From positions 75,136,898-75,200,897 of the forward strand of contig NC_068991.1 of the NCBI RefSeq assembly GCF_001194135.2: a DNA stretch of 64,000 nt. The letters run 5' to 3'. The stretch is from Octopus bimaculoides (Eukaryota). Positions 13,744 through 27,310 of this stretch are shown here, one piece after another; within the stretch, counting starts at the first letter, position 1; the number at the start of each line of letters is the position of its first letter. The notes beneath the pieces were generated by a model. It was given only the letters and a program-made list of their open reading frames with translations, had not been told where the DNA came from and ran no database searches. Both the position numbers and the translations under genes were made by a program.

Positions 13744-14050
13744 TATCGAAATCAACCCTAGTACAAATTTTTATGTTTGGTCCTTATTTCATCAGTCTTT
13801 TATTGCTGAACCACTAAGTTATGGAGATGAGACAAACCAACACTAGTTGTCTGGCAGTGGTAGTGAACAAACAAAAAAGACACACACACATGATAGGCTT
13901 CCTCACGGTTTCCATCTACCAAATTCACTCTCAACACTTTGGGGAGCCTGAGGCTTTAGCAGATGGCACTTGCCCAAGGTACCATGAAGTGGAACTGAAC
14001 CGGAACCCTTGTGATCGAGAAGTGAACTTCTTAACCACATAATTATGACT
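13546..14050 (-). mobile_element. Degenerate SINE family A with nested insertion
   Basis: Reverse-oriented family A tail and head, interrupted by 13632-13747. Confidence 0.6.
13632..13747 (+). mobile_element. 3'-truncated copy of the same tRNA-headed element
   Basis: acgggcatatggcgtagtggttaagagcgcgggctgctaaccccaagattccgagttcaattcc followed by (TAA)n. Flanked by the direct repeat gaaatcaaccc (13621-13631 and 13748-13758) inside an older SINE. Confidence 0.8.
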
Positions 14051-14977
14051 GCTATTAAGCAATTTTTTTAATCACCTTTGTGAATTGAATTTATTAATAT
14101 TCTAACAAAATTTTTTTGCTTTCATCTCAAAACTTTTCCTTTTCTGTATCAATACAAATGGGCATGCTTGTGTGTTTGTGTGTCTCTGTATGTGTCCGCG
14201 CACGTGTGAGTGTGTGTGTGTGGATGTGTGTGTCAGTTATTGTATTGAACTATGATTCTGATAATAATGATTAAAAAATAATAATTACCGCAACAATAGT
14301 TATTCTCCTGCTGACTGCAATGCGTTCTTCATTCAAACAAGAAGAATTAAAAATCATAAATAAAGCAGAAACCATTTCATTTCTTCAAGAATCTCTGCGG
14401 AATACAGTCATGCTTTACACAAATGTTTTTTATTTTTATTTTTTTTATTTATTTTATTTTATTTTTTTTCTGGCATCATCTTCTGGGGAATTTCCTGCAT
14501 GATTTTGATGTTTCAAAAGAAAATATATCGCTATCCTGTTAGCCACATGTGTAACTCACAAGAACCAGAGTAAATGATATCTTTGGGAGATTCTCACATA
14601 TTCAACAATAACATGATGTATGCTGCTATAAATTGCTTCATCGCTCTCTCTCGTCTTTTCTTTCCTAACTGTTGTTAGTATCTTAATACCTCTTGTAGGA
14701 ATTCTCTTTTGTCAGACAGAGCTGGAGATGTATTTTAGCTGATGTTAAAAAAAAAAAAAAAAAGAAAAATTGTGTAACGCCAAAAATTAATTAACAAAGG
14801 AAAAACACACATGTAAAAACCACTTTATAAATGTTCAGCATTGTTGATTTTTAAATGTGTTGATATTGTGTTCTTCAATATGCCAATTCTGATATGTAGA
14901 GATCATACATCAGTGTGTGTGTGTATAAATATACACAGACATGCAGGAAGTAAATAGACACATTTAATTTTCAAAAA

Positions 14978-15323
14978 GGCGCAGGAGTGACTGTGTGGTA
15001 AGTAGCTTGCTTACCAACCACATGGTCTCGGGTTCAGTCCCACTGCATGGCACCTTGGGCAAGTGTCTTCTACTATAGCCTCGGGCCGACCAAAGCCTTG
15101 TGAGTGGATTTGGTAGACGGAAACTGAATGAAGCCCATCGTATATATGTATATATATATATATATATATATNNNNNNNNNNNNNNNNNNCTTAGCAGTTT
15201 GGCAAAAGAGACTGATAGAATAAGTACTAGGCTTACAAACAATAAGTCCTGGGGTCGATTTGATTCGACTAAAGGCGGTGCTCCAGCATGGCCGCAGTCA
15301 AATGACTGAAACAAGTAAAAGAG
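14978..15323 (+). mobile_element. SINE family A (spans a short gap)
   Basis: Full head through the tail gactgaaacaagtaaaaga. Confidence 0.85.
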
Positions 15324-15326
15324 TTG

Positions 15327-15620
15327 AAGGACAGGTTTTCTTCTAGTTGTTTGTCCATAACACCCAAGCTTATGCAGATATGTAACACACGTTCTTGGAC
15401 TAACTTGTAGCTGTTTTGCAATGTCAGAAGCCGTCAAACGGGGTTCGTTTTCCACAATTCTCTTCAAACAGCGAAGCTTCCTTTCCGAGGGCCCAGGTCG
15501 GCCGGGACGAGAATCTGTTGAGTCTTTTCCTTGGCTTTTGAATTGCACTATAATTCAATTAACAGTAGCAAGAGGGATTTGAAGATTTTCAGCAATTTTT
15601 CGCTGGATGTAGAATGTAGT
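15327..15620 (-). pseudogene. Tc1-like transposase N-terminal (bipartite HTH) fragment
   Basis: Reads [90 protein letters not shown], with the GRP motif between two HTHs and RRKP. It is cut off by a SINE near 15325. Confidence 0.8.
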
Positions 15621-16950
15621 GAATGTTGTGGTTGGTACATGTGGCAGAGAGATGCGAAAGGTGAGAAGAAAAGGTTTTATGTTTCATGTTGGTGGTTTAG
15701 TGTAGAATTTGCAGTCTTGCTGTAAAATTAAAAATCTCAACTGAAACATTGACAAAGAAATTGAAGCACATCTCCCAATTCTGAGTACAAGAAGGATACT
15801 GCAAGTGAGAGCAGCTTAGGGCCAAATGAAAGGTCCAGGATAGGAATGATGATAAGCAATATCTAACCCAGGAGGGACCAAGGGTCTGAGTAAGTGAGTT
15901 ATACATACACATGATGCAGAATTTGAAATAAAAGAAAAGTAAAGCAATTGTTTAATGTGTTTAATGGATTTTATTGAACCAAATCAGCAATCATCTGCTA
16001 TTTTCTTTTATGGAAGCCATTTTAAAAATGATATTTAATTACATTCGTTGGTTGGCATTGAGTGGTTGGTGTTAGGAAGAGCATCCAGTCATAGAGACCG
16101 TGCTGTAGCCCACTCAGTTGAAGGCACTTGTTTTAGCAGGGACCTGGTGACCTTGCCAGTACTGGTATCAGGAAAATAACATACTGTACAATGGTTCACA
16201 TCAGGTAGGGCATCCAGGTGTAGAAACACTGCCAAAGCAGATCTTGGAGCTCAACACAACCTTGTCAGTTCATGTTGAGATATCCAACACATGCCAGCAT
16301 GGGAAAAGGGGACATTAAACCATGATGTTTGGCAACTACCCTTATTTCATCCATTTTCTCCATTAACCATAAAGGAGGCTGGGTTGTTATAAATTGCTAA
16401 ATGCCTTGTCTTGCTCTCTGATTTGTTTACCATTCCTTCAATGGAAAGTATTCTCAAGGAAGCTTTTTATCCCATTGTAGCATTTAATTATTTGAGATAA
16501 CGAGATTCAAGCAATTCACCTGTCTTCCTTTCTTTTTTCTTTTTTTCTTTTTGTTTTTATCACACCTGTTTTATTTATTTATCTTTAATTTTTCAATTCA
16601 TTATTTCACTAAATCTTTCAAGTCTAATTCAATGAGATGACATTTTAGTGTTTCAGATATTTTGTCTGGGATTCAGTTTCTGTCACTCAATGCCAGACAA
16701 TGGAATAATGGTAGAATTCATTTAGAACATGTCCCTTTTATATCCCTTTCATTAATTGTCATTATTCTTCAATTCAATACCATTTTATAGCATTATATTT
16801 GGACTAAAATGCTGGGTCTTTTTTCTGTTTTTACTTTTTGATAAGCATTTTGGTTTAAAAAAGAATTATTTTATTATTTTTATATTTCTTATATCATCAA
16901 ATTCTGTTAAGTAGTTTATACATGTGTATGTGTGTCTGTGTGTGGGCATA

Positions 16951-16996
<46 letters not shown>

Positions 16997-17118
16997 TCTC
17001 CATCTGTATATGCATGTATGTATGTGTGTGTACGTGCGTATATATATATATATACATACATATATGTATGTATGTGTGTGTGTATATATATGTGTGTGTT
17101 CGTGTGTGCATGTTTGTT

Positions 17119-17169
<51 letters not shown>

Positions 17170-17933
17170 ATAAAAACTTGAATTTCATAAGTGTGCTACA
17201 TTGCTCACATACATACATACATACATACATACATACTTTCACACAGACATACCAAATTAAATACTAGACTCAAAGACTCTGTAATGATGATGATGATGAT
17301 GATGATGGTAGTGATTATAATAGTAATAATAATAATAGCAATAATGACGATGATAATGAAAGCCTTTTATTAATAGTATATTATACTGCTTTTTTTTTAA
17401 AAAACATTTTTAGTTTTCTTCACTGTTGAAATAAACTTTTTAATTTACACTTTTAACACTCTCATATATAACAGAAATGGCGCTCTCTCACAGGCACACA
17501 CATAGATACGCATACACATACATGCATGCATGCGTTAATAGGTTATCAGTAATCTCCAATATGTATTTAAGTATATTTCACTGGCTGCTGCTGTATGTAT
17601 GAAGTTTCAATATTATTTCTCTCTGCTTTTCCTTCCTTACCAAAATAACAAAAGCAAATTTCCTTTTTGCATTTTGGTGGCATTCCTTTCTATTTTTATC
17701 AAGACAATACCCAAAGATAAAAGTAATCTACAGTTCAAAAAGAACTATTGGTATTTATCTCCGAGAATTGATGCGATATAAACGAGCAATTTACAAAAGA
17801 AGTCACTAACTGGAAATAATTACAGCTCATAAGTTGATAATCAGATGTATTCTAGTAGAGTTTTAGCTACTAACTATATTCACACATACATACATATATG
17901 TGTGTGTGTGTGTGTGCGTGTGTGTGTGCATTG

Positions 17934-17976
<43 letters not shown>

Positions 17977-18287
17977 ATACTGTGACTGAAAATATATATT
18001 TTTATCCACACAAGCGCACACATACAACTGCATACATCCATACACTGCAGGATGCAGTATCCGTACTTTTATTGAAGTACTTTGGAAAACATTTTAATCC
18101 TTTTCCCTTTTCTCACTTTCAAATTCTCAAATAACTGATGTATGCATGTGTATGTAAACACACACACACACACACACACACATATTTGTACACATGCAGA
18201 CACTCACACACATATATACCCTCAATCTTTATATTGCTTCATTTCACTACATTTTATAAAGTTGTTCTGTCTATTTATTTCTCTCTT

Positions 18288-18360
<73 letters not shown>

Positions 18361-18467
18361 AAAATATACACCCACATGTGTGTCTGTTTATATGTATATA
18401 TACTCATCTGTGTACCACACATGCATATGTTCACATTCATAAACATGCTTATATGTATGTACATACA

Positions 18468-18513
<46 letters not shown>

Positions 18514-18854
18514 CAGACACCCACTTATATTTCATTATTTGTTCAACTTTAATTCCATATTTTTAACGTTCAGTCCGATTTCTTTGAGACCATTTTTATT
18601 TTCTTTATTCATTCCAAACTTTCCTCTCTCTCTCTCTCTCTCTCTCATGGTTTTTCTGATTCTGTTTATTAATTTTTACTTGTGTTTTGTTGTGTCTTAT
18701 TTCTTTTATGCATCTCTTTCTTCGGGCCTAAGAACACGACAAGAAAACAGCCATGCTCTAAACGGTTTTGGAAGAATTTTAACACATGCTGAAGCTAATA
18801 TTATTTGAAAAATCCATTCCTTTCATGTTTTCTTTCATTGTTTTATCCTCAACT

Positions 18855-18899
<45 letters not shown>

Positions 18900-19442
18900 T
18901 CTTTCTCTGTCTCTTTCCCCCTCTCTCTCCACCCCCACCTTCTCTCTGATCAGCTGTGCTTTTTGATAAAATCTCTGCTCAAAGAAGCTTCTCACCTCCA
19001 CCATCCTTGCATTATGTTGTAGTATTTAATTACCTGAGATATTTATAGTTGGAATATTACCAATATTTATTCCTTCTTTTACCATTTTGTTACTTCAATC
19101 ATTGTATGGTATTTTACAATTTCATTTATTTATTTATATTTTTTTTTCTGTTTGATACCTGCGAGGCGGTTGTTTTAGTTTATGTTGTTAAATATTTTAA
19201 TAAGATGCCAGACAATCGGCTTACCATTATCACAAGATTCTCAGTTCAGATCCCTTCAACTGGCTTTGCCTGTTTGTATTTATTCCTGGTGCTTATTCAT
19301 TGCGATGAGTTGCAAAACACGTTTGTCTCTGTTTTATTTTTGTTTGTTGGTTTCGTTTTCTTTTTCTTTTGTTTTTGTTTTCATTTTTCCTCAGGAGGCA
19401 AGGCAGTACTCTTGACCTTTTTATAACGCTTCCAAGACTGGT

Positions 19443-19474
19443 GGGCGCGAGGGAGGGCAGGGGATGGGGTGGGG
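19443..19474 (+). other. Putative G-quadruplex motif (six G-tracts)
   Basis: GGGCGCGAGGGAGGGCAGGGGATGGGGTGGGG. Confidence 0.6.
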
Positions 19475-20010
19475 AAGGCATCATCGGACCAGAGACCTAA
19501 CCCAAAAGCTTACACAGCAAATGGACTCTACCAAATGTATGATTAAACACACTTCAAAGATGCTGGTGTTATTCTGCGTCAGCAATATTTCTATATCACA
19601 GAGTGAAATCAATAAGAAATGTGTGGTGTACTTGTCGCAGGGGGAGATGAAAATTCAAAGTTTCCCACAAAGTCTTTTTTTTTTAAGGAAAAATTGAAAA
19701 CAAAGAAATTATTGAGAGACAGCAGGATTTTTCATCCTCAAAGCTGCAGCCAGAATTTTTTTTTATTTTCTATGATTTTTTTTTCTTATTTCATTTTGGT
19801 TAATGTAAAGAATTTAAAACTCTGTTATTCTTCATTAATTTCTCTCCTTTCAACTTCTGGGAAATTGTGTTAAACCAGCTGATGCATCTATTTGGTAGGT
19901 CACAAACAACTAGGTTGCCGTGTGATTTTGAATGCAGGACCCGGAAAAGTTGGAACAAACAGTGCAAGGCATCCACTCGGAAGTTCTTACATTTTCCTCT
20001 AATCACTACT

Positions 20011-20097
20011 CTCCTACTATAGCCTCATGTCAACCAAAGTCTTGTGAGTGGTTTGGGTAGATGGAAACTGAAAGAAGCCTGTCATATATATATATGT

Positions 20098-20170
<73 letters not shown>

Positions 20171-20368
20171 TGTTTGTCCCCCCCAACATCGCTTGACAAC
20201 CAAAGTTGGTGTGTTTACATCCCCAAAACTTAGCAGTTCACCAAAAGGGACCAATAGAATAAGTACTAGGCTTACAAACAATAAGTCCTGGAATTGATCT
20301 GTTCGACTAAAGGTGGTGCTCCAGCATGACCACAGTCAAATAACTGAAACGAATAAAAGAATGAAAGA
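20011..20368 (+). mobile_element. SINE family A, 5'-truncated
   Basis: ctactatagcctc...gaataagtactaggcttacaa...ctccagcatg tail. Confidence 0.8.
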
Positions 20369-21234
20369 ATTCTCATTAGCATATGGTAACCAAGGGATAT
20401 AAACTGAAATGGTGATGGTGACCCTCTACCGATTATGTTAATAAATGCTAGTTTAAGGATGGGAATCAAAGCATGTCTTGATATTGTAGCAACATGAAAG
20501 TAGGAAGAGTAAAGTTTGGAATCTGAGGAGACTGGCATGTGTGGGTGGGTTGACGGTTTTATGTGTTGTGGTGGTGGTGGTGGGGTCCTTGTCCAGAACA
20601 ATAAATCAAAATGAGATCTTGTGGAATGTCAAATAAATTAGTAGCTACTCATCGCTGAAAGGTAAAAACCTGAAATGTCAGCTTTTCTCCTCCTCACCAC
20701 AATCAAATTTATTCGGCATTCCACTAACTCTTCCTTTGAGTTTGGGAATAATTGAGCTGTAGAAGGATGCTTCTTCTTGAAAATAAGTAACATTTTCGAT
20801 GTTACCAAACATGACCAAATTGCTGGTTGCGATAGTTTTTCAGCTAAATTGGTAGGTTAGATTTTCCTCCCTGCTATCCTCATAGACAAACTAGGGCCCC
20901 AAATTAATGATAGGCTTGAAGTTGGCAGTTAATATATTATTTAGCTACATCTGGATGCATGTAGATTCATTTCTGATAACATGCTCATGTATTATTTATT
21001 AAAAAAAATGGAAAGAAGGAAAAAATAAAAAGGAAACTGCACGTATAATACATAACTTAGAAGCAGCGCTACGGACGTGCCAGCACACATGAGCTTGAAA
21101 CGTGGCCGCCCTCATGCACTTCTTATGAGGAATTCTGGAAGGAGCTTTGTGAGACCACTGCAGAGATGCTTCCGGAAAAAAGGAAAAAAAATGTTGCAAA
21201 ACTGAGTATAGGAATGACTCCATGAATTCCTAAG

Positions 21235-21276
21235 GATATCTGAAGAAGGAATTTTTATATTCCAAAATATTATATC
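21235..21276 (+). ncRNA. Degenerate type-I hammerhead-like motif (G12 to A)
   Basis: GATAT-CTGAAGA-A-GGAAT-ttttat-ATTCC-AAAAT-ATT-ATATC: 5-bp stem I and 5-bp stem II are intact, but AAAA replaces GAAA. Confidence 0.55.
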
Positions 21277-22759
21277 AGACTATGGAGGATTAAATTACAA
21301 CAGTTATTATAGTCCACCGTTGTTATTATAGTGTATTGTTGTGCCATTCAAAACATATTATTTTTTTTACTTCATTTAATCATTTAATCTTCATAAACCT
21401 TCATTTAATCATATTCTTTACTTTTTTACTATTATCAGTCATTGGACTGTGACCTTGCTGGGGCGCCGTCTTGAAAGGATTAAAGCTATCACATCAGCCC
21501 TACTACTTAGTTTTATCACTGATGCTAATTTTAGGCATGTGACTTGGTGGTTAAGGCTTTGCATTCACAATTGCCTGATCATGGGTTCAGTTCCGGGACC
21601 AGGTGGCATGTTGTGCTATTGAGCAAAAGACTGCATTTCACATTGCTCTACTGCTGTGTGTGGACTGGCTTGTCGAAGAATAGAGCCAACAATTCCTCTG
21701 GCATCATAAAACCCTCACCAGCACTGATTACCCAGATAGAGCCACGGGTTGGCAGGGTGTCACCTGAGTAGTGCAAAGGGGTCACCTGCCAGGAGCCTTT
21801 GGGAATCACCAACAAATGGTGGATGAGGTGACATGTTGTTGCAGTGTATGCTCTGCAGTTTGAAAGAGATTTGGGTGTTTTTTCTAGCAAGTGAATCAGC
21901 TGTCTAGAGGCTTAGTTAAGGTGGTATGATCAACCATCATTACAAGTTGTTATATCACACTCAAGGAGATAAGTTGTAAGTCTATATGTTATATGTTCAT
22001 TATAAAACCAGTCATAAGTTCGTTAGAAATATCTAAGGTGAAGGTTCAAAACATTAGCAAGGAAAAATGTAAAAAAAAAAAAAACATCATTTAAAAGAAA
22101 AATGATTGAACTAGTGAAATTCTTGGGTGAAGGCAGCTGAGATTGAAGGAGTTTTTTTTTTGTTTTATTTCTAACGTTTTTAATTAATTAATTTATTTAA
22201 ATTTTGGACAAGGGCACTAACAAATTGTCAGTACTAATGATAGAAATTATTGGAGATCTCTGTGATCATGGGAGTTGAGTGCAAGTAATTAAATGAAGGT
22301 GTTAAAAGAGGTTCTCGTTAACCATATGTTTCCATGTCTAAAAGTCTTGAGGAAAGACCAATTATAGCAACACCGACATTTTCTCCCTTGCACACCCTTG
22401 GTGCACTTGTACAACACGTACAACAACATAGTCTTGCACTCACCTGTGTGCTTGCCAGGTGCACTCGTACACATAAAGCTGATATATTACTCAAGAAAAT
22501 TAATTTCATCTCTGTGACTTCTTTTAATTTTCTGTTTGTTGCTAATTTAATTGCACCATTACATTACCGGTATTAGTTTTTAAACGTTTTTTTTAAAATC
22601 TGTTTCTTACCTTATTTTCTTCAAGTTTTCAAATACGGGCTTTTTCTCTTTTTTTTTACATCATATTATGTATGTATATATATGTGTGTGTGTATATTTG
22701 TATGTATGTATATATGTGTGCGTGTATGTTTGTATGTATGTATGTATGTGTGTGCGAAT

Positions 22760-22827
<68 letters not shown>

Positions 22828-24639
22828 ATAATATCTGTCTTCATCACTGTGATTTATTAACATCCCTATTTATTATTTTTTTAAAATATATTCCTACCAT
22901 TCCTTGACAGCTAATTTTATTTATGGCCCAGCCAGCAAAAGTTATTTTGCTCCTGCATCAGTGTTGCTGTTGTCAATATCTTACCTCCCTCCTCATTGGT
23001 TCACTTGACAGATGGACACACAGAGGAATGGATATATTTGGGTGTGTGTGTGGTGTTTGTAGATTGGTGGGTCGGTAGGTAAGTTGGTGGGTAGGTAGAT
23101 AGATTTACACTAACAAGGAGTAGAAAGCTAAAAAAGGAAACCGATCTACTTATGTCTTTGACTGATGCCAGTGAAAATTGTCTGCGGTGCCATGTATTGG
23201 TTCAGGTGAAAAGTTTCTATGAAGATTGTTGATTAATAAAGGAAATAAAACAAAACAAATATTTCTTGGGCTATCACTGATTGTTAACCTGAAATTCATC
23301 CTTATTAAGTTTCTTTCATTAATGTTACAGTTCAGTGTATGAAATTTCTCCAGTCTTAGTTTTAACATCTGCCCCCAGACTGGAGCAAGGCATCCATTCA
23401 TTAATCATACTATTCAGAGGTTTTTTTCTTGTGTGTTTTGGCTTTGTTTATGTTTTCATCTTTTTTTTTTAATATCTTTTATATACATTACTATGTTCAT
23501 TGTTTTTATTTTTTACATTTTTTTTTTTTTTTCAAGAGTGGTTTGGGTTTAGAGGAGGATTCATAGAATCATGTGGCTGTCACAGCAAGCTCCTTTAGCT
23601 GATCTTGTTAGCAGACCATATTGTAATCCAGTATGAAGGAATATAATGCAGAGTTTTGGGCAGCTAAAATGCAGGAGGTCCGATTAATAAAATTATTTCA
23701 GGAGGTGACTATAAACCAGAAAAAGTCAGGAGGAATGAAAGGTGAATGCATTTATTTAATCATTTGTCATTCTTGGGATTATGGTTGTTTTGCAGCCTTC
23801 GTCATGTAATAATAATTCCACTGTATAATAAATTATTTGACATATCAGCACTAATGTATAGCATGCATTCTAGCGCAAGCGTATGTGAAATAATCTATTA
23901 TACACTGAAATCATTACTACATGATGAAGGCAACGAAACAGCTGTAACTTTAAAGAATGACACTTGGTTGAATAAATATATTCGCCTTTCATACCTCCTA
24001 ACTATATACATATATATATATACATGCACACACACACACACACACACACTTTCCTTCAACCAAATTCACTTAGAAGGCTTTGTTGACCCTGGGCTGTTAT
24101 AGAAGATAACTTGCCCAAGGTACTGCAGTGTGAGAGTAAGCTTCTTAACCATGCAGCTATACCTGTGGTTATATTTAAATGAGATTTTTCCTAATTTTAT
24201 AATTACTAGTACATGGTCTACTGCTTTACAAACAAAATAGATTATATTCTGTTTGATCAAAATATCAATAAATATATATTACGAAAGAAGAAACAAAAGT
24301 TCAACAAATTGTAAAAAAAAACAAATATTCTTTGTTTTTTTACTTTTGTATGCATATCATCATCATCATCATCATTCTGTGTTGGCATGCGTTGAAGGGT
24401 TTCACAAGATCTGAGCTGGAGGACTGTGTCAGACTCCAGTGTCTGCTTTAACATGGTTTCTGTGGCCAGGTGCCTTCTCTAATGCAAACCATTTTATAGA
24501 ATTTACCTTTGTCTGTATGTGTGTATGTATGTTCATTCTTTCATTTGTTCTCTTTTATTAATTATTTAAATCCTTCCTCTGAGGAAGGAGCTGGTTTCTA
24601 ACAAACACACAAAGCTTCACCGTTGGACTGTAAGAAAAA

Positions 24640-25395
24640 CAATGTCACATTTTAAACTTGAGAAAAGTCTTGCATGTTTTTACTCTTCCACTTACAGATT
24701 GTATTTGTAATGTCTAGCTTACCCAGATTCTCACTTAGGGATTTACTCACAAATACAAATGCACCAATTATTATTGGAATAGATTTGAATTCATAATCTG
24801 GATGGAGAAGTTGGAGATTTTGAAGCAGTTGTCCATAGTTATCTTCTTTCTCTTTGATTTTCAAAGAGACATTAGAGTGCTGACCACCAAGATATTAGAG
24901 AGCTGACCACTAAGATATTAGAGAGCTGACCACTAAGATATTAGAGAGCTGGTCTCTCAGATATTAGAGAGCTGACTGCTAAGATATTAGAGAGCTGACC
25001 ACTAAGATATTAGAGAGTTGACCTCTAAGATATTAGAGAGTTGACCTCTAAGATATTAGAGAGCTGACCTTTAAGATAGTACATGCTTTTTCTTGTCTGT
25101 CCCACACAACAACATCCAACATGTTATGCTTACACTTGACAAATATTTTGATGGGAATGTTCCGCCAGTATTGCTTGTGTTGATGTTTGTGTATGTAGTC
25201 AGTAATATGGGGACTCTCTGTATTTATTCCAGGACAATCTCTTTTCTCAATGGCATTGTATATTGTTTTTAAGACAATGTCATGTCAGATAGAGAGGCAT
25301 TACCTTGGTGACATTTTGGGCTGTTGCCAATCATGTGTGATGTCTTCCACAGAAATATGACATAATCTACATTTTCAGTTGCATCTTAGAACTCC
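24640..25395 (-). mobile_element. Decayed RLE-type non-LTR retrotransposon 3' region (R2/R4/NeSL-like)
   Basis: Minus strand reads KCRLCHISVEDITH (CCHC knuckle), HDIVLKTIYNAI, YWRNIPIKIFVKCKHNMLDVVVWDRQEKACT (PD..D-like region) and KIKEKEDNYGQLLQNLQLLHPDYEFKSIPIIIGA. Confidence 0.75.
24867..25078. repeat. 23-bp minisatellite, 9 copies (AGATATTAGAGAGCTGACCACTA)
   Basis: Units start every 23 bp from 24867 to 25051, followed by a partial unit. Confidence 0.95.
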
Positions 25396-25411
25396 AAGAT
25401 GTGTGTGTGTG

Positions 25412-25465
<54 letters not shown>

Positions 25466-25498
25466 NNNNNNNNNNNNNNNNNNNNNNNNNNNNNNNNN

Positions 25499-25547
<49 letters not shown>

Positions 25548-25700
25548 CAAGTACAGACCACACATATACAACATTATATACATGTCTCCTAGGCCAATGT
25601 AGATAATTAGACTATATGAATGGGACCATGCATATCCTTGGCCTTGGTGCTCTGGTATCCATAGCAACTACCTTAAGACAACAATTTTTATTGCCCATCC

Positions 25701-26070
25701 AAGGTGGCGAGCTGGCAGAATCGTTAGCACGCCGGGCGAAATGCTTAGTGGTATTTCGTGTGCTGCTACGTTCTGAGTTCAAATTCCGCCGAGGTCGACT
25801 TAGCCTTTCATCCTTTCGGGGTCAATTGAATAAGTACCAGTTACGCACTGGGGTTGATATAATCGACTTAATCTGTTTGTCTGTCCTTGTTTGTTCTCTC
25901 TGTGTGTAGCCCCTTGTGGGCAATAAAGAAATAAGAAACGTTAGCATGCCAGGCGAAATGGTTAGCAGTATTTTGTCTGTCTTTACGTTCTGAGTTCAAA
26001 TTCCGCCGAAGTCGACTTTGCCTTTCATCCTTTTGGGGCTGATAAATTAAGTACCAGTTGTGTACTGGGG
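25701..26070 (+). mobile_element. tRNA-derived SINE family C, full copy plus partial tandem copy
   Basis: ggtggcgagctggcagaatcgttagc...gagttcaaattccgccgaggtcgac...gcctttcatcctttcgggg. A second partial copy starts near 25938. Confidence 0.8.
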
Positions 26071-26565
26071 CCTTGTGCCTAGAGCAGAAGAGAATACCTG
26101 TTGCCCATTCTTCTGTAGTCTTACCACAGCTGTTTTCTTCTAGAGAGAAGAAAGAGAGTAATAACTGTTTTGACAAAGAGGACTCTGTGTTAACAAATGA
26201 AGTACTGAAATGAAATAAACTATTTTGTTACAGTAATGTGTGTATGTGTGTGTGTGTGTGTGTGTAGCATACTTTTAGATCCAGTAATTGTGATTGTAAT
26301 CCTAACCACTGTTTGTTTTCACACTGAACATATCGGTAGTTTTAGCTTTCCCTTGTCTATATTTGCCTTTCCATAGCTTTTGGCATAAATCAAAAAAATA
26401 ATAAGAATTTTCCAAAAATAATAAACGTTTCTATTTTTTTTTCTCTATTTATTTTTTGGTAATTACTTTTTTCTTTCTCTCTTTTTGTCAATTTGAAAAG
26501 CGATATTTAATTAAAACTATCTTCCAAACACTTCATCCGCTAGTCATTGATTTCCTCTGCTAATC

Positions 26566-26980
26566 TGGCTGTGTGGTAAGTAGCTTGCTTCCCAACCACA
26601 TAGTTCTGGGTTCACTCCCACTGCATGGCACCTTGGGCAAGTGTCTTCTACTATAGCCTCAGACTGACCAAAGCTTTGTGAATGGATTTGGTAGACAGAA
26701 ACTGAAAGAAGCCCATCGTATGTGTGTGTGTGTGTGTGTGTGCGTGTGTGTGTGTGTGTGTGTGTATGTTTGTGTGTCTGTGTTTGTTCCCCCCCCACCC
26801 AAACATAACTTGACAACCGATGCTGGTGTGTTTACGTCCCTATAACTTAGTGGTTCAGCAAAAGAGATTGATAGAATGATAAGTACTAGGCTTACAAAGA
26901 ATAAGTCCTAAGGTCGATTTGCTTGACTAAAGGCGGTGCTCCAGCATGGCCACAGTCAATTGACTGAAACAAATAAAAGC
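26566..26980 (+). mobile_element. SINE family A
   Basis: Near-complete copy. Confidence 0.85.
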
Positions 26981-27310
26981 ATAAAACGTTAAAAGAATAT
27001 TGATTCATTCATTGATCTGTCTTTATATTTATTCCTCCCTACTTGTTCTTTTGGGTCAACAACTAATTCTTGCATTATTTTGTCTCAGCACTTCAAGATG
27101 TTTACCAATTTCTCCAATTAATTTACTCTTCATGGTTTCTCTCTGCCTGAGAGCAGCTAACTTTTAGATCTGTGTCAAGATCTGTTGCTCATCTCCATTA
27201 TAAATTACAACTAGGTTCTTCATAAAATGCTAAAGAACCATCTGTAAAAGGCATCTGGGTTTCATTTCTTTTTCCTTTCTGCTTTTTTTTTTATGCTCTA
27301 CATTGATATC

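Noticed and set aside
22289-22620. Possible nested minus-strand exons (donor-like GTGAGT and GTAAGA, Cys-rich ORFs)
   Set aside because: Acceptors are weak, no frame gives a recognisable protein, and such pentamers are expected by chance.
24867-25078. CRISPR-like appearance of the 23-bp and 21-bp repeats
   Set aside because: Units are directly adjacent with no unique spacers, and the context is eukaryotic.
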